A DNA stretch of 64,000 nt. Source: an uncultured Bacteroides sp. Its GTDB lineage: Bacteria; Bacteroidota; Bacteroidia; Bacteroidales; GCA-2748055. The position numbers and the translations under genes are program-made. The notes under the pieces were generated by a model, which did not search any database, was not told the origin of the DNA, and saw only the letters and a list, made by a program, of their open reading frames with translations. The stretch's first letter is position 1. Each line of letters begins with the position of its first letter. Shown here piece by piece: positions 57,244-64,000 of the stretch. The stretch spans positions 93,968-157,967 of the forward strand of contig CAZRPW010000001.1 in assembly GCA_964601975.1 (NCBI GenBank), given 5' to 3'.

Positions 57244-57248
57244 GTAGC

Positions 57249-58373
57249 ATGAAGTATTTCCTGATAGCCGGAGAAGCATCTGGGGACCTGCACGCCTCAA
57301 ACCTCATGAAGGAATTGAAACGTTTCGATTCGGATGCTGAATTCCGTTTCATGGGGGGCGAGTTAATGGAGGCAGTGGCTCCCAATAGGGTGATGCACTA
57401 TAAAGAAACGTCCTATATGATGCTGGATGTGCTCTTTCACCTTAGAAAAATATTCAGGAATCTGAGAATCATCAAAGATGAGCTTGTGCAGTGGAAACCC
57501 GATGTTGTCATTCCGGTTGATTATCCCGGGTTTAATATGAGGATTGCGAAATTTGCAAGCCGGAACGGGATGCGGGTATTCTATTTTATTGCTCCGAAGG
57601 TGTGGGCCTGGAAACAGAGACGCGTTCACGATCTTAAAAGATTCACCGAAAAGCTTTTTGTAATTCTTCCCTTTGAGGTAGACTGGTTTAAAAAGTTCGG
57701 AATGGATGTGGAATACTCGGGAAATCCCCTGGTGGATGGTGTAGGATCTTTCCTGAATGATTTCGAAGGAGAAGAGGCATGGAAACTGGCACAGGGAATG
57801 GATGAACGGCCGGTAGTGGCACTGCTGGCAGGTTCCAGGATTAAGGAGATTCAGGGCATGCTTCCTGCCATGGCAAAGGTGGCAGCTGCGCATCCCGGAT
57901 ACCAGTTTGTGGTGGCAGGGGCACCTTCTATCGATCCGGATTTTTATAAACCTTACCTGGCGGAAAATCACTTAAGGATTGTGTACGGTCAGACCTATGC
58001 CTTGCTGGCTGCGGCCACGGCCGGACTCGTAACTTCGGGGACAGCCACCCTTGAAGCGGCCCTGTTCAGGGTGCCACAGGTGGTACTGTACCGAACCTCG
58101 TCGCTTGCATATTCAATTGGGAAGCAGTTAGTAAAAATCAAGCATATCAGCCTTGTGAATCTGATTATAAACAGGAGCCTGGTGCTAGAGGTAATACAAA
58201 AAAGGCTATATGAGCAAACAGAATCAGAACTTTCCCGTATACTGAATGATGCTGTTTATCGGGAGCAGATCCTGAATGGTTATAAGGAAATCGGATCGCT
58301 CATTGGCGAAGTGGGAGTTTCAGAAAGAATAGCAAAGCGTATGGTGGAATTGATTAAAGAGAAGAAGGAATGA
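57249..58373 (+). CDS. lpxB: Lipid-A-disaccharide synthase
   Basis: 374 aa. MKYFLIAGEASGDLHASNLMKEL N-terminus typical of LpxB; SGTATLEAAL motif. Confidence 0.92.
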   Translation: MKYFLIAGEASGDLHASNLMKELKRFDSDAEFRFMGGELMEAVAPNRVMHYKETSYMMLDVLFHLRKIFRNLRIIKDELVQWKPDVVIPVDYPGFNMRIAKFASRNGMRVFYFIAPKVWAWKQRRVHDLKRFTEKLFVILPFEVDWFKKFGMDVEYSGNPLVDGVGSFLNDFEGEEAWKLAQGMDERPVVALLAGSRIKEIQGMLPAMAKVAAAHPGYQFVVAGAPSIDPDFYKPYLAENHLRIVYGQTYALLAAATAGLVTSGTATLEAALFRVPQVVLYRTSSLAYSIGKQLVKIKHISLVNLIINRSLVLEVIQKRLYEQTESELSRILNDAVYREQILNGYKEIGSLIGEVGVSERIAKRMVELIKEKKE

Positions 58374-59539
58374 TTCGGAGCTTGTTTACCCTGTTTGTAA
58401 TGCTCATCCAGGTGGGTCTGCTTGCGCAACCCGTAAAGGTGGGATTGTACCAGGACCAGCTTGTTACAAAGGCTGTAGTTTATTGCTCGGCGGGGTCTTA
58501 TACCCTGCTCACAGATGGGATTGAGCGATGTAAAATTGAAACCAATGAGATACTTTATCTAACCCTTGAAGAAGGAAAGATCAGGGTCCTGGATTCGAAC
58601 AGTGATTACGGGCAGGCGGATGCCATTGAGCTGAGAGCGGTAGGTCAGGATGCCGTATTTCGTCTGAGACCGATCGCCCCGGAGCTTGAATCAAGGGCTT
58701 ATGACGATAACCTGCAGGTAGTTGCAGGGGAACGTTTTCTCACCCTGGTGAACCATGTGGACATGGATAAGTATCTTGCAGGTGTTGTGCAGGCAGAGGC
58801 AGGGTCCAATGCCCACATAGAGTTCTATAAGGCCCAGGCGGTCCTTTGCCGGACCTATGCCCTGAAGCATAGTCAGCGTCATGCCACTGAAGGCTTTTCG
58901 CTCTGTGATGGAACCCACTGTCAGGCCTACAAAGGAAGGAGCTCCCGGAATCCTGATATTCTTGAGGCAGTTTTGGAGACCACCGGTACGGTGGTGGCCG
59001 ATTATAATTATAAACTTATAACTGCTGCTTATCATGCCAATAGCGGCGGACAAACTCAGCGGGCTTCGGATGTTTGGGTCTCAGATGCCGATTATCTTCT
59101 TTCGGTGGTGGATCCATACTCATTGCACCAGCCTCAATCTAAATGGCAGGATACTATTTCATTTCAGGAATGGAAGAACTACCTGCTTAAAAACGGGATG
59201 GAATCAGTTGAAAAACTGCCTGAAGAGATTATTTACATTGAGCAGATGAGAAGGAAGAAGTACTTCATCCTGGACAAGGATTCAATCAGGATGACCAAGA
59301 TCAGGGAGGACTGGGGCTTTCGTTCAGCCTTTTTTGATATGTTTCCTGAGGGTGACTCTATCCTGGTCTGGGGAAAGGGCTACGGACATGGCATCGGGAT
59401 GAGCCAGGAGGGAGCTATGAAAATGGCAAATGATGGTTTCTCTTATGTAGATATCCTGCAATTCTATTTCAATGATATCCGTTTAATGGATTACAGGGAC
59501 CTGCCGGCATCCAGCCTTACTATGGTCCGTTTCGAATAA
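58370..59539 (+). CDS. SpoIID/LytB domain-containing protein
   Basis: 389 aa. Motifs AQAVLCRTYAL, CDGTHCQAYKG and YHANSGGQT. ATGA start/stop overlap with lpxB. Confidence 0.8.
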   Translation: MIRSLFTLFVMLIQVGLLAQPVKVGLYQDQLVTKAVVYCSAGSYTLLTDGIERCKIETNEILYLTLEEGKIRVLDSNSDYGQADAIELRAVGQDAVFRLRPIAPELESRAYDDNLQVVAGERFLTLVNHVDMDKYLAGVVQAEAGSNAHIEFYKAQAVLCRTYALKHSQRHATEGFSLCDGTHCQAYKGRSSRNPDILEAVLETTGTVVADYNYKLITAAYHANSGGQTQRASDVWVSDADYLLSVVDPYSLHQPQSKWQDTISFQEWKNYLLKNGMESVEKLPEEIIYIEQMRRKKYFILDKDSIRMTKIREDWGFRSAFFDMFPEGDSILVWGKGYGHGIGMSQEGAMKMANDGFSYVDILQFYFNDIRLMDYRDLPASSLTMVRFE

Positions 59540-59546
59540 TTATCGT

Positions 59547-61967
59547 ATGTGGACACTATTTAAAAAAGAGATTCAGGGATTTTTTAGCAGCCTTACCGGC
59601 TATGTGGTTATTCTGGTATTCCTCCTGGCCAACAGTTCATTTATCTGGCTGTTCAGGAATCCCATGAACCTGATTGTTAACGGATATGCTACCCTGGATT
59701 CTTTATTTGCGCTTGCACCCTGGATTTTCCTCTTCCTGGTTCCTGCGATAACAATGAGGATGATTTCCGAGGAGAAGCGTTCGGGTACGATGGATTTGCT
59801 ATGGACCAGGCCGGTGAGTGAATTTCAGATTATTTTTGCCAAATTTCTTGCATCCTGGACCCTGGTCCTGCTTTCTCTTCTTCCCACCCTTACATGGTTC
59901 TGGTCGGTCTCGCAGATGGGCAGTCCGGTGGGTAATATGGATATGGGAGGGACCTGGGGTTCCTATATGGGCCTGTTGTTTCTTGGGGGAATCTATGCAG
60001 CCATTGGGATCTTTTCCTCGGCTCTGACTGGCAACCAGATTGTGGCTTTTATAACAGCGGTTTTACTTTCCTTTATTTTGCACCAGGGTTTTGGATTCCT
60101 GGGAGGTAGCCTTGGATCGGGGAAAATGGCGCTGCTGGTTTCCCGGGCGGGCATCGCCTATCATTATAGCTCCATGAGCAGGGGAGTGCTCGATTCCCGG
60201 GATATGGTTTATTTTCTCGTGGTGATTACCCTTTTCCTTCAGGCAGCCAGGGTCGTTTTACAGAGCCGGAACTGGCAGGGTCGTAAGCTGGTTGGGCTGG
60301 CTGTAGTGCTCATGGTTGTACTTATGGTTTCGGTGATTTCGGGGATGCGGTTTTTCAGGGTCGATCTCACTTCAGAAAAACGGTATACACTTTCACACGC
60401 TTCAAGGCAAGCATTGGGCGATCTGGAAGATGTGGTTTTTGTCAGGATTTATCTTGAGGGAGAGATGCCCTCCGAATTTGTCAATTTCAGGAATGAGATC
60501 AGGGACCTGATGGATGAGTGTCGGGCATGGGCCGGCGAAAAACTGCAATACGAGTTTGTAAATCTCTACGATGAGCCGGATGAGGAGCTCCGTAATAAAA
60601 TGATTGGTCAGCTCTATGACCAGGGTTTAAATGTAACTTCCATACAGGTAAGTGACCGGGAGGGTGGAAAAACAGCCAGGATTATTTTCCCCGGAGCCAT
60701 GGTGTCTTATGGATCTTATACCATGCCGGTGAACTTGCTGAAAAACAATCCTTCCCTCTCTCATGAGATGAACCTGAACAATTCCATCGAGACCCTGGAA
60801 TATGAATTTATGAGGGCCATCCACAGTCTTACCATGGAGGAGGTACCACGCGTTGCTTTTATTGAAGGGCATGGTGAACTGGATTCTCTGCAAACGCACA
60901 GCCTGATGGATGAGTTGAAGAATTTTTTCCAGGTAGATCGAGGCTATATTAACGGAAATATCGAAGCCTTGAAGAATTACCAGGCACTGATCATTGCCAG
61001 GCCCATCCGCGAGTTCAGTGAAGCGGATAAATTTGCAATTGACCAGTATATTATGGGAGGAGGGAAGGTGCTGTTTTTCCTGGATCCCGTGAATCCTTTT
61101 GCTGATAGCCTGACTGGCGGGACTACGGTTGCCCTGGCAAATCAGGTGGGGCTTGAGGATCTCCTGTTCAAATATGGGATCAGGATGAATTACAACCTGG
61201 TGGCCGATATGCAGTGCAGTGCAGTGCCTGTGAATACAGCCTCTACCGCTGAACAGGCCCGCTGGACCCTGATGCCCTGGGTTTATTATCCCCTGCTAAC
61301 GATGAATCCGGATCATCCGGTTACCCGGGGACTGAATAATGTGAAGGGTGAATTCGCATCTTCTATGGATACCATTGGGGCCGCAAACGGGGAGGTCACC
61401 ACCACCGTGCTGTTATCAACATCAAAGAGCAGCAGGAGCAGGGAAGTTCCCCTGTATATCAGTATGGAGGAGGTAATGGTTCAGCCCGATCCGGCGCTCT
61501 ATCAGTCACCCGGACTTCCCGTTGCAGTGCTGCTTGAGGGCGTATTTCCCTCCCTTTACAAGAATTACCCGGTTCCTTCGGGTGTTTATCCCAAAGATGC
61601 AGAGGTCCTGGCCCGGAGCTCTTCCACTGCCATACTGGTGGTGTCCGATGGTGACATTCTTGCAAATGAAGTGGCTTATGAACAGGGGCATTTTCAGACC
61701 CAAAAGCTTGGTTACGATCGCTATACAAAACAAACTTATGGGAACCTTGAGTTTGTAATGAATGCCATTAACCAGATGACGGATGAGACAGGGATGATGG
61801 AATTAAGATCCAGGGAGTTTAAGCTTAGATTGCTGAACCGGGAAATTATCGGGCAGAGGGACAAAGTGCTGACCTGGAAATTTATAAACACGCTTGTTCC
61901 CTTGCTTCTGGTGATCGTTTCGGGCATCATCTGGTTTTTTATGAGAAGAAGAAGATATAGTCGATAG
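59547..61967 (+). CDS. Fused gliding-motility ABC transporter permease GldF (N-terminal ~240 aa) and GldG (C-terminal ~560 aa)
   Basis: 806 aa. The N-terminal ABC-2 permease has about 6 TM segments. After a linker TM, the GldG-like region begins RVDLTSEKRYTLSHASRQAL ... and ends in a C-terminal TM anchor (LVPLLLVIVSGIIWFF). Confidence 0.72.
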   Translation: MWTLFKKEIQGFFSSLTGYVVILVFLLANSSFIWLFRNPMNLIVNGYATLDSLFALAPWIFLFLVPAITMRMISEEKRSGTMDLLWTRPVSEFQIIFAKFLASWTLVLLSLLPTLTWFWSVSQMGSPVGNMDMGGTWGSYMGLLFLGGIYAAIGIFSSALTGNQIVAFITAVLLSFILHQGFGFLGGSLGSGKMALLVSRAGIAYHYSSMSRGVLDSRDMVYFLVVITLFLQAARVVLQSRNWQGRKLVGLAVVLMVVLMVSVISGMRFFRVDLTSEKRYTLSHASRQALGDLEDVVFVRIYLEGEMPSEFVNFRNEIRDLMDECRAWAGEKLQYEFVNLYDEPDEELRNKMIGQLYDQGLNVTSIQVSDREGGKTARIIFPGAMVSYGSYTMPVNLLKNNPSLSHEMNLNNSIETLEYEFMRAIHSLTMEEVPRVAFIEGHGELDSLQTHSLMDELKNFFQVDRGYINGNIEALKNYQALIIARPIREFSEADKFAIDQYIMGGGKVLFFLDPVNPFADSLTGGTTVALANQVGLEDLLFKYGIRMNYNLVADMQCSAVPVNTASTAEQARWTLMPWVYYPLLTMNPDHPVTRGLNNVKGEFASSMDTIGAANGEVTTTVLLSTSKSSRSREVPLYISMEEVMVQPDPALYQSPGLPVAVLLEGVFPSLYKNYPVPSGVYPKDAEVLARSSSTAILVVSDGDILANEVAYEQGHFQTQKLGYDRYTKQTYGNLEFVMNAINQMTDETGMMELRSREFKLRLLNREIIGQRDKVLTWKFINTLVPLLLVIVSGIIWFFMRRRRYSR

Positions 61968-61968
61968 C

Positions 61969-62931
61969 ATGAAATTCAGGAGCTATATTGGAGTGATACT
62001 CTCACTGCTTATCATTACCCTGGTTTTGCTGCACTTTATTGATCCACAGAGATCGGTCAGGCGGGAGAGCAGGAAGATGCTTGTAGAAGATTCTTCCAGA
62101 ATAGACCACATCACAATTGCCGGAGAGCATGATACGGTGAGCTTATCCAAAATGGGTGGAGTATGGCAGCTTCCCGGAGGAGATGATGTGAACCCGGTGG
62201 CTGTGGAGAATCTTTTTTTCGCTGCAGAAAGGCTTCAGGTTGAAGCGGTACACTCAGATCTGGATGAGTGGGCGGATGGAAGTACCCGGCAGGTTTCCTT
62301 TTTGTCCGGAAACAGGTTGTTACTGCAATATGAGATCCTGAGCCGGGACGGGCGACTGTTGCTGAGACTGGCTGGGTCTGAAAGGGCATTTACAGTTTCG
62401 CTCCCCGGTTACAAGGAACTGGATCTGACAAGGGTTTATTCCTCATCTGAGAACCACTATAGAAAGCATATACTCATTGACCTTATGCCCTCTGAAATCC
62501 GGCACATAACCCTTGAGAAAAGGGGGCATCCTGAGTTCAGATTGTCCATGGATGAGGAAGGCCAGATAAGTTGTACGCTGCCCCAATCTGATAGCCTGGT
62601 GCCGGTGGAGCTACTTGATGAAGAGGCCATCCGAATGCTGTTTACCTACTTTACCTCCATCCGATATGAGGAGAAAGCAGGAGACAGAATGTCCCTCCCC
62701 GGAAAGGAAGAGATGAGGGAGCGATGGTTGGCAAGCTTATACCTTGAGTCCACAGAGGGTGAAAAACACAGCCTGCGGGTCTATTCTATTCCGGGTGATA
62801 ATGGTGAAAAAACGCATATGTTCCGGGCCCTGGTTATTCATAATGATAGTCCTGATGCGCTGATAATAAACTATATATATCTGGATGTTCTGATGCGTGG
62901 TTTGTCAGCCTATATTGGGGATAACCTGTAG
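61969..62931 (+). CDS. DUF4340-like protein (usual GldG neighbour)
   Basis: 320 aa with an N-terminal TM anchor. The start is 1 nt after the gldFG stop. The family name comes from memory of gene context. Confidence 0.45.
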   Translation: MKFRSYIGVILSLLIITLVLLHFIDPQRSVRRESRKMLVEDSSRIDHITIAGEHDTVSLSKMGGVWQLPGGDDVNPVAVENLFFAAERLQVEAVHSDLDEWADGSTRQVSFLSGNRLLLQYEILSRDGRLLLRLAGSERAFTVSLPGYKELDLTRVYSSSENHYRKHILIDLMPSEIRHITLEKRGHPEFRLSMDEEGQISCTLPQSDSLVPVELLDEEAIRMLFTYFTSIRYEEKAGDRMSLPGKEEMRERWLASLYLESTEGEKHSLRVYSIPGDNGEKTHMFRALVIHNDSPDALIINYIYLDVLMRGLSAYIGDNL

Positions 62932-63000
62932 CGGTATTGACGATTTTTTTTTGTATAATTGATGGATTATTGATTCATATTTTTAAAAAAGCAAACACTC

Positions 63001-64000
63001 ATGAAATTTGTTGTCTCCAGTATGGAACTGTTGGGTCATCTGCAGGCCATCAGTCGTGTTATCAGCTCGAAAAATACACTGCCAATTCTGGATAATTTCC
63101 TGTTTTCCCTGGAAGACGGCTTACTGGAAATCACTGCATCGGATCTGGAATCGACCTTGATTACCCAGATCCAGCTGGAGAATACCGATGGTACCGGGGT
63201 AATTGCCGTGCCAGCTCGTATTCTCAATGACACCCTGAAAGAGTTTCCGGATATCCCACTGACATTTGAGATTAACCTGGAGAACCTGACGGTGGTCATT
63301 CAGAGCGAGAACGGTAAATTCTCCATCATGGGTCAGAATGGGGTTGAATTTCCACAGATGCCGGTTATCAAGGATGATCAGAAACAGCATGTGGAACTTG
63401 AACAGGATGTGTTGCTTTCGGGGATTAATAAGTCCCTGTTTGCGACGGCCGATGATGAACTCAGGCCTGTGATGAACGGAATTTTTCTTGAGCTTTCGCC
63501 CGATGATATTACTTTCGTCGCATCAGATGCCCACAAATTGGTTCGCTACAAGAGAACCGATGCAAGTGCTTCAGGCGCCTCAAGCTTCATACTGCCGAAA
63601 AAGCCCGCATCTCTGCTGAAAAATATACTTCCCCGTGAGGAGAATAACATTGTACTGGAGTTTGATGACAGGAATGCATCTTTTACACTTACCAATTATA
63701 AGTTGGTATGCCGGCTGGTAGAGGGTAACTACCCCAGTTACAACTCTGTGATTCCTGTTGACAATCCCTATAAGATGACTATTGACAGGCTTGCCTTCTA
63801 CAATACACTTAAAAGGGTTTCGGTTTTTTCAAACCAGGCCAGCAATCTTGTGAAACTTTCATTTACCGGGAATCAGCTAAATATCTCGGCACAGGACATT
63901 GATTTTTCAATTTCTGCTAATGAAAGGCTCAGCTGCCAGTACGAAGGGGAGGATATGGAAATCGGATTCAAGTCTACCTTCCTCATTGAAATTCTGGCAA
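63001..64000 (+). CDS. dnaN: DNA polymerase III beta subunit (sliding clamp), 3' end beyond the window
   Basis: Absent from the ORF track because it has no stop in the window. Manual translation from ATG 63001 gives MKFVVSSMELLGHLQAISRVISSKNTLPILDNFLFSLEDGLLEITASDLESTL ... ELRPVMNGIFLEL ... FVASDAHKLVRY, a typical DnaN. Confidence 0.9.
   Translation, partial: MKFVVSSMELLGHLQAISRVISSKNTLPILDNFLFSLEDGLLEITASDLESTLITQIQLENTDGTGVIAVPARILNDTLKEFPDIPLTFEINLENLTVVIQSENGKFSIMGQNGVEFPQMPVIKDDQKQHVELEQDVLLSGINKSLFATADDELRPVMNGIFLELSPDDITFVASDAHKLVRYKRTDASASGASSFILPKKPASLLKNILPREENNIVLEFDDRNASFTLTNYKLVCRLVEGNYPSYNSVIPVDNPYKMTIDRLAFYNTLKRVSVFSNQASNLVKLSFTGNQLNISAQDIDFSISANERLSCQYEGEDMEIGFKSTFLIEILA

Noticed and set aside
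63001-64000. dnaN as an indicator that the replication origin lies in the window.
   Set aside because: No dnaA gene and no DnaA-box cluster lie upstream. The 69-bp region upstream of dnaN is too short, and dnaN is often unlinked from oriC in Bacteroidota.
1-64000. A search of the whole window for mobile elements, prophage genes, toxin-antitoxin pairs, restriction-modification or other known defence systems, tRNA/rRNA genes and riboswitch-like leaders.
   Set aside because: I found no integrase, transposase, recombinase, nuclease/helicase defence-type ORF, tRNA-like T-arm context or conserved riboswitch core on either strand. Gene content and tight operon packing look like core chromosome rather than an island.

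Overview
This is a densely coding 64-kb chromosomal window, apparently from a Bacteroidota genome. The evidence for that assignment is T9SS type-A and type-B sorting domains, a gldF/gldG gene, lipoprotein signals and TAnnTTTG-type -7 promoter boxes. I call about 50 CDS. Both edges cut genes that the ORF track misses: a PKD/T9SS surface protein at 1-2719 (-) and dnaN from 63001 (+).

Main blocks:
- (i) 4.6-16.5 kb: a phosphorolytic beta-glycan cluster. A GH94 cellobiose phosphorylase lies convergent to a minus-strand operon of Na+/solute symporter, cellobiose/mannobiose 2-epimerase-like, GH3, GH130 mannoside phosphorylase and GH115. No SusC/SusD pair is present.
- (ii) A T9SS-secreted SGNH esterase with four in-frame ~462-bp repeats.
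- (iii) Aldehyde dehydrogenase, a large M14 peptidase, KefC plus a KefF/G-like gene, a GH51 arabinofuranosidase and MscS.
- (iv) A five-gene nitrite-ammonification operon: FeS protein, cupin, nrfH, nrfA and a NapH-like polyferredoxin.
- (v) Divergent from it, a six-gene operon: lipoprotein, small secreted protein, VTC-domain protein, DUF4956 membrane protein, DUF2490-like barrel and a Crp/Fnr regulator.
- (vi) Sulfatase, a CAT-family acetyltransferase, a LytS/LytTR two-component system, a lysine-rich H1-like protein, and a PON-like / lipoprotein / steroid-5-alpha-reductase-like trio.
- (vii) Housekeeping genes: purL, an acyl-CoA ligase, pheT, a NUDIX gene, surE, lpxB, a SpoIID-like gene, a gldF-gldG fusion and dnaN.

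I found no rRNA, tRNA, CRISPR array, transposase, integrase, phage gene or recognisable defence gene.

The most unusual signals:
- Two short-period tandem arrays (7 bp x17 and 9 bp x10) share a TTTAC core. Each fills the predicted 5' leader of a catabolic or respiratory operon.
- A perfect GTAAC-N4-GTTAC palindrome lies in the nrf/VTC divergent control region.
- The envelope-associated VTC/DUF4956 operon is uncharacterised.

All family assignments come from reading the translated sequences and recalling family motifs. No database search was possible.
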